Origin: Chlorokybus atmophyticus
Taxonomy: Eukaryota > Plantae > Mesostigma and Chlorokybus algae
Direction: 5' to 3'
Length of the DNA: 64,000 bases
Assembly (NCBI GenBank): GCA_009103225.1
Contig: RHPI01000890.1
Span: 80,544 to 144,543 of the forward strand
Positions 25,623 through 42,200 of this stretch are shown here, piece by piece; within the stretch, counting starts at the first letter, position 1; the number at the start of each line of letters is the position of its first letter. The position numbers and the translations under genes were made by a program. Below the pieces are notes generated by a model. The model saw only the letters and a program-made list of their open reading frames with translations, ran no database searches and was not told the DNA's origin.

Positions 25623-26097
25623 TTGCCCTTACCGGGTCTATGCCGGTTGTGTTTGCACTATGCTTACAGCCGAGGTGAGTCTGTGCAGCCTACACGTGGA
25701 GCAGAATTTGTTGCGCTGCTGCTCAGGCCACAGAATTGGGCTTGGCGGTGGTGGTGGTGGTGGCGGTGGCAACGGCGTTGTCGGCAGCACCCTCATCCTC
25801 GGCATCGGACGCGAGAGAAGTGCGTTGACGGAGTGATTGACGGAGAGGTTGACAGTACTGGCCGGGGTGGCCATTTGACCAAAAGAAGAGTGGCAAATTG
25901 CAGCTACTGGACGTAAGCGGCAGCAGCAAGGAGGAGGAGGCAGAGGAGAAGTAGTGGTAGTAGTAGATCTAGCTAGATTTATTCATACGGGGGCATTGTG
26001 GTGTGGTGCGGGCTGGGCTAAAGAAGAATTCAAGTGCACGTTGTAGCGTTGCTGCCGCCTGGCCTGGGCACATTCCTGGCAAGGCAGGCAGGCAGGG

Positions 26098-29000
26098 ATG
26101 TCCCTGCAGGCGTGCAGCTTGCTGCGGGCAACAAGCTGTAGCAGCAGCTTGCAACCCTTCCCCCCTTCAACTTCAGGCGCAATCTCAGCTTGCCGCAGCA
26201 GTTGTAGGACCAAGGTTACCAGTGGCAAGCTTAGCAGCAAGCTTTGCAGCAGCAACCTTAGTAGCAGTAGTAATCTCAGAGCCAAGCTTATCCGCAGAAC
26301 ATGTGCGCCAGCTTGCAGGCCTCCCACCACCACAGCTTGCGCTTTCAGGGACAATGACAGCCGCTCCGCCAGCTCCCCTGAGCCTTATGTTGCTCCTGCG
26401 AAGGTTGACTACCAGCAGCCGGCAGCGACCGACAACAATGCCGCTGCTGCAGCAACAGTAGCTGCGACAGTTGCTTACGGTTCGTCCCTCTCTCTGTGTG
26501 GTTCGTTGTGTTGCATGTAAGAAGTCGTCACCCACACAATGGTGTCCGTCCATGCTTTTTGCACTCTGCCCGTGTCTATATATGTACTATGTACAAGTCT
26601 ACTTGTCGTTGCCTATTGTCCGTTGTTGGCCATGGCCGCATTGGTAGTGTCCGGGACTGATGATGTAACACAACAAGCAGGGACGCGAGGGGAGGGGGAA
26701 GGGAGTTAAGGGGGGGGCTCGGGGGTAGGGGCGGAAGGCAGCTGTGCTTAACAACCGCAGACGTGATTGGTTATGGGCAACTGCTCGATGTGCGAGGTTG
26801 TTCAGTTTGCACACGCAACATTCGCAATGCCTGCTGTATGCTCTGCCAAGTGCTCGCACATGCACATACACCATCATAGGCACACATACCGTGTACTGTG
26901 ATAGTGCAGTCCACTTAACGACCATAGGTACATTCATGCTGTGCTGCAGTCATTATTGTGTCAGTCAGTGGCTCTATGCTGTGCGAGCTAAGCATTGTTC
27001 ACCGTCACATGACAAATCTCATCACCGTGTTGCAGTTGATGATGGTGAGTCACGAACGGTGGTGACAGAGCGTGCTCCCACGCCCATGTCTGCAGAGGAT
27101 GAGCACCCGCGCAAGGTGCTGCAGGACATAACTGCCCTTGCAGTCCCTGCTCTTGGCGCTGTGTAAGAAAGGGTTGTGAGGGTTGTTATTTGCTTCCCAA
27201 CTGCATTGCACACATCAGAGCATAAGTCACTTCTGTGTCACTGCTGAGAGCATGAGTTGAGACGACGTGTGCTAGTCATTGAGCTAAGGCAAGAAGGCTT
27301 GTATGTTGACAAAACTTATGTGCAGGCTTGCAGACCCTTTAATGAGCCTTGTGGACACAGCGTGCGTTGGGCAGATTGGTGCAATAGAATTAGCCAGCCT
27401 CGGTCCAAACACAGCCATCTTTGCATTTGTTTTCTCGGTGAGTGCATTCACTGCTGTAAGAGTGATGATGCATAACTAACAGGACTTACAGATCACTTGT
27501 GCTGGCACACAATGAGCTCAACATGTATGCTTGTGCTTCTGTTGCAGCTTTTCAGCTTTGTTGGCACAGCCACATGCGCTCGCATTGCCAAGTCCTCAGC
27601 GGCCACTTCAGACCTACAGCGGCTGCAACAACGTGAAACTGAGGTATGCTGTCATTGCTAGGCACTTTGTCTACTACCTGTATGAATGTTGCTCTCCATC
27701 TTGTTAATTTCAGCTCAGTAGCTGTGCCGTACATTGAACTGATGGTACAGACAGTCACCTCATGGTTGTGGTTGTTAGCAACACGTTTCCGTGTTGCAGG
27801 CTGCCAAAGCACTATGCCATGGCCTTACAATTGCAGCCATGGCGGGTGTTGTTGTCATGCTGGTATTGGAAGCGCTCGCACCTCAACTTCTGCGTTGGAT
27901 GGGTGCTGGCGACTCGCTCATGAAGCCGGGATTGGAGTACTTGCGAGTGCGAGCCTTGTCAGGTTAGCAAGTGCCACGCACCTCTAAAGGCTGTCGTTGC
28001 GGCTCAGACAACGTGGTTTGCAAATATCGCAATGGGTAGTTACATTAACAGCTGCGCAGAGCCTATTGTCACCGCATGAGTAAGCGTCATACCCATCTCC
28101 TGCAGTACTTGCATTTAGTCCTATTGTGCGATTTGACGTCTGCTTCTCATCTTCACACAGCACCGGCGGTGATGGCACTCGTTGTTGGTCAGGGCGCATC
28201 CCTTGGTGAGCAGAACATGAGAGCACCTCTGGTCTTCTTGTGGGCGTCCGGGCTGCTGAATCTTGCAGGAGATTACTTCCTCACAGTGCGAGGCGGATGG
28301 TAGGCACCTTGCATCACAGTTTATACGCTTTGTTCTCAATTGTGTTGTTGCGGACTTAATCTATGGTATCGTACCGTACATCAGAGATATGTCTGCAGCT
28401 CGTGCATGTGGCAGGTATCAAGCGTTTCATTGAGTGAGCTTTGCTTTGCAGGGGTGTCGGAGGAACTGCTTGGGCAACAGTAGTTTCTCAATATCTGGGC
28501 GCCGCTTTGTTCTTGTGGTGGTTTGCCCGGCGCAGTACCGACAATAAGATGCAGACAGTCATGGTGAATGGCCAGTTGAAGTACAAACCGGTCGTCCGGC
28601 TTCAGTGGCACGGGCTGCCGGATGCAAAAGCCATACGCCACCTCTTGAAGATGAGCTCAGCATTGTTCTTGCGCACAATCTGCGCTATGACCACCTATAG
28701 TCTCATGACCTTCTACTCAACCAAAATAAGCGTTCTTGCTACCGCAGCACACCAGGTACATACATACTGTGCGTGCAACGTACTCGACAAGCTCACACTA
28801 TTGTTTAAGCATTGGAATTCATGTTCTCTTAGAAGTTGTGCGCTGACGCTGACATTGGCTGCATTGTCAGGTGGCTCTTCAGATGTTTTGGTTTTTCACG
28901 TATTTTCCCGAGCCGCTTTCAGTGACAGCTCAGTCGTTGATAGCTCGAGACTTGAGCATGAGTCGCACGCGGGTCCGGCGCATGGGGTGGCTTCTGCTCG

Positions 29001-29536
29001 CGTGGGGTGCCGGGTTGGGCGTCGTGCTGGGCACGGCTCTGCTGACCGCGTCGCTGTGGGGACAGAAGCTATTCAGTCCGGATGCTGCCGTGGGCGCGGC
29101 TGTGGCATCCGTTGGATGGCTGGCGGCACTGTCGGCGGCCATCTGCTCCGTCGTGATGGTGTTTGACGGCATCTCTGTCGGCATTGGTAAGCTCAAATGC
29201 CATGTGCGCGCACGCGTGTGTGCGTTGGTGTGTTCTGTGCATCTTTGCGCCTGCGGGCGTGCATCTGCGTGTGCATTTGTGTATTTGTCAGCAACTTGAC
29301 GTCACTTGACTTGCCAATGTCACGCAGGCGCATATGGACACTTGGGCCGCATGCAATTGGTGTGTATGATGGTGGTTGGCAGCTTCCTTGCGCTCTTCTC
29401 CCAACGCCTCGGATTTGTCGGGGTGTGGTGCGGCATGCTCATGTTCTTCGTTCTGCGCTTCTCACAGCACGTGCTTTTTGTTGCGAGGCGCTGGGATACA
29501 CATATCCTCGGCACTTCCAGCGCCAGTGCTGCGTAA
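26098..29536 (+). CDS. Chloroplast-targeted MATE/DTX (DinF-like) efflux transporter
   Basis: Ser/Arg-rich transit peptide (MSLQACSLLRATSCSSS...), then ALAVPALGAV|LADPLMSLVDTACVGQIGAIELASLGPNTAIF, EYLRVRALS|APAV, GVGGTAWATVVSQY, ATAAHQ|VALQMFWFFTYFPEPLSVTAQSL, VMVFDGI, GFVGVWCGM..F..LRF; stop at 29536. Confidence 0.93.
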
Positions 29537-30782
29537 GACTGTAACAACATAGGCAGTAGGCCACATTTGTGTATAGCAGGTCATTCTTTAACCGGCAGCG
29601 CATTGGTCTCTGCTGCCGCATTGATTGTCTGAGTAATAAGTAGGGGTTGTGTAACTGTGGAGACATACGTGATATTCACACGCAGAGATACTCACGCGGC
29701 ACTGTAGCAGTGACGGATTGCACATGTACATCAGCATCCCAGTAAAGCCACATGCAAGTTATGGTATGTTGAGAGAGAGAAGACGCCCGCAGAATGTTAG
29801 CGTTCTGCTTTGTTTGCAATATTGAAGCTCCATGTTTGCAGACTCTGATGCGATTGTCTGCGTGCCGCGTGGTTTCAATTTGGTGATGTCGGGCTTCTTG
29901 TGTACTCCTTGAACTGTGAGTGGCTTGCGCGCCACAGCATGCACTGAGTTTGGCGGTGTTGGAGAGCGGCTGTCGCTACACATTGTTGGCAGTGTCTGAG
30001 AAACATACCTCAGTGATGTCAAAACTTTGTGGGTCGCTGCAATCGCTGGCAACCATAATAAATGCTTGCTTTTGGTTGAAGTGCTGCGTTCTCGGTTGCT
30101 ACGGTGTTGGCCCACAGCTTTGGGCCAACGGGAGTGGAGACTACGCCCGCGCCCCCCCCCCCCNNNNNNNNNNNNNNNNNNNNNNNNNNNNNNNNNNNNN
30201 NNNNNNNNNNNNNNNNNNNNNNNNNNNNNNNNNNNNNNNNNNNNNNNNNNNNNNNNNNNNNNNNNNNNNNNNNNNNNNNNNNNNNNNNNNNNNNNNNNNN
30301 NNNNNNNNNNNNNNNNNNNNNNNNNNNNNNNNNNNNNNNNNNNNNNNNNNNNNNNNNNNNNNNNNNNNNNNNNNNNNNNNNNNNNNNNNNNNNNNNNNNN
30401 NNNNNNNNNNNNNNNNNNNNNNNNNNNNNNNNNNNNNNNNNNNNNNNNNNNNNNNNNNNNNNNNNNNNNNNNNNNNNNNNNNNNNNNNNNNNNNNNNNNN
30501 NNNNNNNNNNNNNNNNNNNNNNNNNNNNNNNNNNNNNNNNNNNNNNNNNNNNNNNNNNNNNNNNNNNNNNNNNNNNNNNNNNNNNNNNNNNNNNNNNNTG
30601 AAAGAGAGAAAGAGAGTGAGAGGCTTGATGGTTTTATTTTGACAATTCATCCATATCAGGCTGCATGCATGCACGCCCAAACACATACATGTGCGTACAT
30701 TGACAATGAACTGCACGCCAAGTATTGCAAAATTCTGCTGCTGAATCCCCCCACCCAAAGATATGATTCATCCAACACTCTG

Positions 30783-33150
<2,368 letters not shown>

Positions 33151-34352
33151 GTGGCGACCCCGGCCGAGAGTTTCTCTTTTTTCCGATAAGGTTTGGCCGA
33201 TAGTTTCCGAACACGATCAGCAACGACTATTTGTTTCTCAGATCCGTCGATCCAGGTCTCAGGTCTCTCTGAAATTAGTGTGCGTTTTGGCCTGGCCTGG
33301 CCTGGTCTGGCCTGGCCTGGCCCAGGCTGAGAAGGGCGTTGTGGGAGGCCAATGTGTAAATGTGATTTGTAATTAGATCATCAAAAACCAAGGACAGGGA
33401 GAGAAACGGAGCGGAGGTTGAGTGCTGGTGGTGGTCATGAGAGCAGATGGGATCTGGCGCCTCCAAGTAAATCATCACACATTGTTTGTTTGGAGTTTTA
33501 TGGAGTGTGTGTGGGTATGGGCGTCTGTGTGTGTCTGTGCGTGTGCGTATAGTAATATTTCTATGTATATCTGTCACACACGAGTGGCACCTACAGTTCT
33601 TAAACAACTTGAGTGTCTCATACACCTACCAGTAGTAGTTTTACTTACAAGAGTCCTTGTCAATCAGCCTGAGACAGGGTCTGAGACAGGGTTCTCAGAT
33701 AGTCTAATAGTTTGTCATGTTGAATTTATAAAGTGTTGACGTGGAGTGATGAGGTTGCGTGACGCACTAGATGCAACATGCTGAGAACTGCGTGTGTGTG
33801 CGGATTGAAGCAGTCATAAGTTGGTGAGACTAGTTTTTCCCCCAATCTACCTTGGCAGGCAAAACTCATGCGTTCAGTCGTCACTGCTTCACTGCAACGC
33901 TACTTCACGCCATGCACGCCACACTTACATGTTCGCACGCACGCGCGCATGCACACGTATACACGCACACCTTCGCCCGCCTCTACCCATCAACACCACG
34001 CACCCACCCGCTCCCCCCCNNNNNNNNNNNNNNNNNNNNNNNNNNNNNNNNNNNNNNNNNNNNNNNNNNNNNNNNNNNNNNNNNNNNNNNNNNNNNNNNN
34101 NNNNNNNNNNNNNNNNNNNNNNNNNNNNNNNNNNNNNNNNNNNNNNNNNNNNNNNNNNNNNNNNNNNNNNNNNNNNNNNNNNNNNNNNNNNNNNNNNNNN
34201 NNNNNNNNNNNNNNNNNNNNNNNNCACACCACCACCACCCCACCCGCACGCACGCACGCACGCACACAGAGCAAGCACACTGGCAAACCCACCCCAGCTC
34301 CCACTGTCGCACATGTGTCCATGTGCCTCTCTCTCTCTCTCTCGCTCCTCAG

Positions 34353-35428
34353 ATCCTCTGCCGTTCATCCCCCTCCCCCTCCTGACGACCCCCTCCTCTC
34401 CCCCGCCCTCGTCCCCACCGACCTCTTCTTCGACGACAGCAGCGTCGGCACGCCCGTGCGACGGCGACACCGCAACAACAGCGCAGAGGAGGAAGCCGGA
34501 GCTAGTGGTAGCGGTGCGGAAGCGGAAGCGGAAGCGGAAGCGAGGAGGAGGGAGGAGGAGACGGCCGCGGCGGTGCAGGCGAACAAGGGAGGGAAGGAGG
34601 TGAGGAGAGCGGGAGTGGGTGGGTGGGTGCGTGCGTGCGCGTGTGTGTGCGAGTTCTTATGTCAAGTTTGTCTCAGAGCACACGCCCGTGTGCGTGTCTG
34701 CATCCGTGTGCATGCAGGGACGACGCATGCGCCAGTGGGGGTACACGCGTGTATATCGGTGGTTGTGTGTCCACAACACCCATGGCAGACGCTGATCACA
34801 CATGCCATGGTTTTCTCATCTTCGTTTTTCTTTGTGTATTAGGGTGCCAGTGGCGGTGGGTCGATATTGCAGAAGCTGGGATTGAGGAAAAGGTCGGCCG
34901 ACGCGGAGGTCACCGAGTACATCGCGCGCAAGAAACAACTCAAGACCGTCCCCGCAGAGGTGTGCAACAGACACACATGCATGATGATCAGATGCTGGTT
35001 ATCATCCTTTGACAAACGCGACCACCAACACCACAACAATATCAATGACAACAGGTGTGGCACTATGGGAACATTGAGACGCTGGATCTATCGTGGAACA
35101 ACCTGCAGGTGTGCCAAGCGGACACGTGTCTGTTTGCCTGTAATTATGCGTGCTTGTGACTCACTTAAGTACGCGTGTGTACCGTATATGTGGCAGGCTG
35201 TGCCTGCGGGTCTTTTCCCGCGCGTTGCCAAGAACCTCCGCACGCTCAACCTCTCGTACAACGAGCTCGTCAAACTACCACGCGACCTGGCCTCACTCAC
35301 ATCCCTATGCACACTGGACGTCCAGGTGAGTAGTCACTTCCACACAAGTGCATACACGCACTCGCACACACGTGCATGCACACCCACCACCCACAGTCAC
35401 ACGCGTGCACGCGTACTCACGCATGTGC

Positions 35429-35460
<32 letters not shown>

Positions 35461-38400
35461 GCACATACCCACCGTCACACGTGCACACACGCATATACAC
35501 ATACATGCATACACACGCATAAATGCACGTGTACGCGCGCGCGCGCGCACGCAATCACATTCCGCACGCGCACACACAGACACACGAGCATGCGGACGCA
35601 GAACACACAACGATACGAACTACTGTTGAGACCTCAATAACAACAACAACAACAACAACACCCTCCCCTCCCCTCCAGGCCAACTCCCTCTACTTCCTCC
35701 CCGACTCCCTCCCCTCCCTCTCCTCCCTCCTCTCCCTCCGCGCCGCCCACAACCGCCTGACGTCCGTCCCCCACGAGCTCCGCAACTTCGCCCTCCTCAA
35801 GACGCTCGACCTCAGCCACAACAACATCAACAGGTTGGGACGGACCGTCGGGACGCTGGAGGGGGTGGAGGAGATACGGATGGGGGGGAATAAGGTGCCG
35901 GCGATGCCGAGGGATATAGGGAAGTTGAGGAAGGTGAGGGTGGGGTGGGGTGGGGTGGGTGGGTGGGAGGGGGTGGTGTTGGTTGGGTACTGATGTGGTG
36001 TGTGTGTGCGTGTGGTAGTTGCGAGTGCTTGAGCTGGCTAATAATCGGCTGACGGCCCTGCCCTCGGACATCGGCCTCTGCACTGCCTTGGAGTGAGTGC
36101 AGTGAACAACATGTCATGGAGCACACACCAACCACACACACTCACCCACCCACTTACCCACCCACCCCCACCCACCGCAGGCACTTGGACCTCTCCCACA
36201 ACAGCCTCGGCGCCATCCCCAAGGAGCTCTCCCACTGCCTCCACCTCCGCCTCCTCCTCCTGTCCGGCAACAAGCTCAAGCTCCTCCCCCCTGACTTGGG
36301 CTACCTCACTTCTCTCCAAGTCCTCGACGCCTCGCACAACGCGCTCGTGGCACTCGTGATGACAGTCACAGCGGGGAAAGGGGGTAAACACACACATGCA
36401 CATCATCAGCAGTGGAGGGAGCTGAGGAGACTGGATGTGGGGTACAATAACCTGGAGATGCTGCCGGCGGCCATAGGGAGGCTGCCGAAGTTGGAGGAAT
36501 TGAATGTGGAGGGTAACACGCAACTGAGGGTGCCGCCGCAGGTTGGGGGGAGTGTACGTGTGCGTGCGTGCGTGTGTGTGAACTAGCTGATGACGTTGTT
36601 ACCTTCGTCTGCCAGGTGACTGTGAGGGGGACTGCCGCCATCATGTGTTACCTCAACACGGTCGGTGAGCAGATGCGGGCTGTGGATGACTACCTCGAGA
36701 GGTTCACGTACTCCAACGTGGAGCAGAACGAGGCCCTACTCGACAGCGTCACCACACAGCAGAAGCAGGAGGTAGGTGTTGATGCCTCCTTTTCTTTCTT
36801 CCGGCGAATATGTGTCTCGACCCAAACATCCGTGTAATTGCTGATGTCGTGTCTATGTGTGTGCATGTATCTCGCAGACGCAGGCCCTCGCACAGCTGTC
36901 CATGGAGTTGGCTGTCTCACGCACGAGCACACCATCAGTGATATCGGTATGCGCATGATGATCCCAATCCGATAGTAGTAACCCAATATCAACGACAACA
37001 ATATGTTGCGTGTTAGCCCGAGAGGCGCGAGGAGCTCGCCCGCAGCGTGGCCGCCACCCGCAAGCGCCTCGAGGACGACCCGCGCCTCGCCCGCATAGCC
37101 CTCCCAACCCTCGCAGACAAGTAAGCCTCTCATCTGAGGGCTTTACACCCCACCCCAACACCAATAACACTCCCACCCCAACAGGCAGCGCGAGTTCCGC
37201 GACGAGCTCCACCAGACCCGTCGCCTCCTCGCCGGCAGCGGCGGTGGTGGTGGCGGCGGCGGTAGTGGGAGTGGTGGTGGGGCGCTGGGGAGCGTGGCGG
37301 TCAGGCAGGCGGAACGGGCGAGAAGGACGGGGATGATGAATATGAGGGGGTGCGACCTGCAGGCCGTGCCGCCGGAGGTAGGGGGTTGTAGGCCACACTC
37401 GAGTGGGCATTGGTGTGCGTGCGTGCGTGCGTGCGCAAGCTCTGTTTCTAATCACCACAACTGTATTCGTGCATGCGCGCATGCACGCACGCATGCATAT
37501 ATACACACGTGCGTGCATGTGATATCAACATTCGCTTTACATAGGTTGCCACTATGGAGGATGTGCGTGTTGCGGACCTGCGGGACAACAGGCTGGAGCA
37601 CCTGGGGGAGCCGCTGCTGCACATGCAGGCGCTTCAGGTGAGTGCGGTGTCATCAACAACAGCAACGACGACCATGACAACGACACCGACAACAACAGCA
37701 ACAGCAGCAATGACCATCAGGTATTGGCGGCCGGTCACAATCGGCTTGCGGGGTTGAACGAGGCGTCGATCGACCTCCCGGTGCTGCGCCTGCTGGGCCT
37801 GTCGTACAACTTCCTGAGGGAGATGCCTCCTTTGCTCGCTCGCTGCTCACAACTACAAGTAAGCGATCGTACACGTATGATGAGACACAACGAGCAGGAA
37901 CATGTGTGTGTGTGTGTGTGTGCGCGCGTTTGCATGTGCGTTTGCGTGTGCCTATGCGTGCGCGTGCGTGCACGCGTGTGTGTGTGCGTGCGTGCATGCG
38001 TGCGTGCGTGCGTGCGTGCGTGTGTGCGTGTGCGTGTGCGTGTGCGTGTGCGTGTGCGTGTGCGTGTGCGTGTGCGTGTGCGTGTGCGTGTGCGTGTGCG
38101 TGTGCGTGTGCGTGTGCGTGTGCGTGTGCGTGTGCGTGTGCGTGTGCGTGTGCGTGTGCATGCGTGCGTGTGTGCGTGTTTGTGCGCGTGCGTGCATGTG
38201 TGTGTGTGCATGCGTGCACGTGTGTGCGCTCATGCCTGAGTGCGTGATGGCGCGCACACACGCACTTGGCATGCTTGTTCGTGTTGATATATGTATTCGC
38301 ACACGTGCGCGTATGTATGCGCATGTGTGAGTGTGTATGTGCGAGGGTGGGTTTGCACGTGTGCATCAACGGGCATGTGTGCGTGTGGATGTATGTCAAC

Positions 38401-39119
38401 CTCAATCAACTCCTTATATTAGTGTGCATGTGTTTGTGTATGCGCCTCCGTACGTGTGCGTGCGCGCCCTTGGTGTGGGTGTGGGTGTGGGCGTTTGGGC
38501 GTGTGGGCGCGCGCATATGCAAGATAACCACTCTTTCCCCGCAGTTGCTGTGCGTGGCCAACAACATGCTTACCGACCTCCCCCCCTCCTACTCCCGTCT
38601 CTCCTCCCTCTCGGAGCTCTACCTCTCCGACAACAGCTTCTCCTCGATCCCACTCTGCATCTACACCCCCACCCCAAACATGTCCCCCACCCTATCCACC
38701 TCCCTCACTCGTCTCTCCCTCGCCTGCAACGCCATCCGCCTCATCCCGCCCGAGCTGTGTTCATCCCTGATCAAACTCAAGTCACTCGACCTCAGCTTCA
38801 ATCAGATACTGAGAGTGCCCAAGGAGCTCGAGAGACTGGTGGAGCTGGAGGAGCTGAATCTGAGCTTCAACCCGTTGGCGGAGTTTCCGGGGGCGGTGAC
38901 GAGGTTGGGGAAGGTGAAGGAACTGAACCTGAACTATACGGGGGTGAGTGGGTGGGGGTGCGGGTGTGCGTGAGTGTGCGTGTTGCGTGCGTGCGTGCGT
39001 GCGCGTGAATATGTGTGCGCGCCCGTGTGTGTGAGCATGTGTGTCCTCGCGATACGACAGCTGACTCAACAGCACTAACCAGTCCACGCACTGCACCAAA
39101 CTACTCACTACTACTCACT

Positions 39120-39163
<44 letters not shown>

Positions 39164-39227
39164 NNNNNNNNNNNNNNNNNNNNNNNNNNNNNNNNNNNNN
39201 NNNNNNNNNNNNNNNNNNNNNNNNNNN

Positions 39228-39276
<49 letters not shown>

Positions 39277-42200
39277 AGCTCTCTGTGATCCCCCCTTCCA
39301 TCGGTCTCTTCCCCTCCCTCTCTTTCCTCCACCTCACCGGCAACCCCCTCTCCTACCCTTCCTCCCACCTCTACTCCCCCTCCCACCCTCTCCTCATCTA
39401 CCACTTCTACCACCCCCACACCACCACACTCAACCTCTCCAACTGCGGCCTAACAGAGCTCCCTGAAACAATCGGGGAGTTGAAAGAGTTGGAGGAGTTG
39501 GATCTGAGTGGGAATGAGTTGGAGGGTTTGCCAGTGGCTTTGGGGGAGTTGAGAGGGAGGCTGAGGAGGTTGATGTTGGAAGGGAATGAGAGGTTGGAGT
39601 GGCCGTGGGATAGAGTGAGGAGACTGCCGGAGGGAGATATGGCGGTGGTAAGTTGTGTGTTGTGGGTGTGTGGGTGTGCGTGTGGTTGAGCGGAGTTTTG
39701 GTGTGTGCGTGCTTCTAGGCTGAATGGTCAGTTTTGCTGGTGCAGGTGGCATTTTTGGATCCGTTGGTGGGAGAGTTGGATCTGTCGGGGATTGATTTGG
39801 GGCGCGTACCGCCCCAACTGCTGAGACACGAGGGCAACTTGCTGCGACTCAACCTCGCCCGCAACGGACTCGCCGTAAGAGCATATGCATGCCCGCACGT
39901 GTGTGCACATGTGCACCAAGGTGTCTCCGCACTCGCGTGTCCGTCTGCACGCGCACGTGCATGTGGCCTGCGAGAGCGCGCGTGTGTGGCATGCTCAGCA
40001 CACGTGCACGTGCATGTTGGTATGCGCGCACGTGCCCATGTGCTGAGCATACCCGCGTGTGAGTGTATGCATCAACCACACCTCCCCCACCCCCCAGTCC
40101 CTCCCCCCCTCCTTCGACCGCCTCTCCTCCCTGACCATCCTCGTCCTCGACGACAACCCCTTCTCCCCTCCCGCCCTCCCCTCCCCCGTCCTCCGCCTCC
40201 CCCGCCTGCAGGTCCTCGAGGCCTCGCGGTGCGGACTGGAAGAGGTGGCGGGGGAGATCGGGGAGATGAGGGAACTGAGACAACTGGTACTGGCATCCAA
40301 CCAGCTCACAGCACTGCCAGAAGCTGTCTCAAGACTCACAAAGCTACAGACACTCGCCATACCCGACAACAAGTAAGTTGGTGTGTGGGTGTGTGGGTGT
40401 GTGCACTCTCGCGCGCTAGCGCGAGCGCGCGTGCATGTGTCTGTGTGTTGTGGGTTGGTGTGTGATGTGGGTGGTGTTGTTGTCTAGGTTGAGGGAGTTG
40501 CCGGAGGGTTTGTGTGAGTTGAAGGGTTTGGAGGTGCTCGACGTGCGATCGAATGATCTGGCGGCTTTGCCGCGGGACCTGGGCGGGTGCTGCGCCCTGA
40601 GATGGCTGGACGCACGCATCAACGACTTGCAGGAGGTGAGTTGCACGCATGCATGCGCAGCTGTGCACGCTTGCATGAACATGCGCACACGCGTACACGC
40701 ACACTCACATGGTGACGGAGTTCATGTCTGACTTGAACGGTTCTCACAGTTGCCTGAGAGCCTCGGTGACCTCTACTCCCTGGAGCACTTGTGCGTGTCG
40801 AACAACGCACTCTCTTCCCTCCCGCGCTCCATCCGCAAGCTCGGGGCCCTCGCCTCCCTGGACCTCGCCGCCAACCACCTCCGCACCATCCCAGTAGAAG
40901 TGAGTACGCTCGCACATACGTGTTTAACTATAACACATCTCTCTGGCCCGCTCTGCAGTTGTGTCTGCTCCCCGGGTTAAGGGAGCTCTCCCTCTTCGGC
41001 AATGCGGCGCTGCCGTCGGGTGACAGCGGGGTGGCCAAGGGCGGGGACCCGGGAGCCGTCCGCGCGCTACTGAAACGCGTGGCCACGGAGCTGCAGAGGA
41101 GGGGAGAGTGGACGGCGGCCATGTCGTCCGTGGCGTTCAGGTGGGTGGGTGGGTGGGTAGGGGTGGGGGTGGGGGTGGGGGTCTTTGTGCACACGTTTGT
41201 GCGCGGGTGTTTGCGTGCATGTGACTGCGTGCGTGTGTGGGTGTCTGTACGTGTGTGCACGTGCGTATGTGTGTTGGCGTTGGGGTCTCTGAGTGTGCGT
41301 GTGCCTGTGTAAGCATGTCGGTGTGTGCTTGCAGCCCCTGCAGACCATAGCAATGCATGTGAGCTTTCACACGTTGGACACACAGTCCTCTGTGTACAGG
41401 CCGCCGCCCAAGCCGTTGGCAAGAAAGACCATCACATTCAAGCTGCCGGCTGAACAAGCGGAAACAGCAGACGATGCACAAGGCCAATACAAACAACCTG
41501 AGCAACAACCAGGAGTGGAACAACTAACCACAGTTGCCGAGAGAGCGAAGCGCCCTTTGCTCATGGCACGCAAGGTGAGGACCCATCCACACCACTTAGC
41601 TCGCATTCAACTGGTTGCATTATCAGAACTTGTATGTGTGTGCCTCTTACAGGTCAGTTGGGGCAAAGACAGCTTCCATTGGGGTGCCACATCAGGAATG
41701 GACCAAGAAAAAGAGGGATCACCCTCTGTCAATGACGAGCGTGTTGAATGTGCCAAAAGTGGCTCTGTTACGCCACCTGCGCAGGCAGACTTGCCAAAAA
41801 CTCATGACACGCAAGATGCCGACGAGGACAGGCACGATGAGGATGAGGGTATTCATAATGCGCAGGAGGAGGAGATTGAGCATCAGGACACAGAGGAGAG
41901 GTGAGAGTGTTGCAGTGGCTTACTACTCACATTGTCTACACTTTGTGTTGTCTGTGTGATCTAGGCATCATTATGATAACTGATGTTGTTTTCGCTGCGC
42001 GCAGTGCACAAGCGGAGAGCGCACACAGCACCCGTACGAGTACTGAGGCGGATGAGAAGGGCGAGGAGGAGGAGGAACAGGACGACAAGTTGGAGACAGT
42101 GGAGAAGATGGAGAAGGTGGAGAAGGTGGACAGTAAGGAGGCAGAGGAGGAGGAGGAGGGTGAAGAGGAGGGGGTCTTGAAAATCCCACCTGCACCTACT

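Noticed and set aside
37653-38405. His/Ala, Arg/Val, Cys/Val and Thr/His repeat ORFs
   Set aside because: Translations of the intronic (GTGTGC)n and (CA/TG)n repeats inside the LRR gene.
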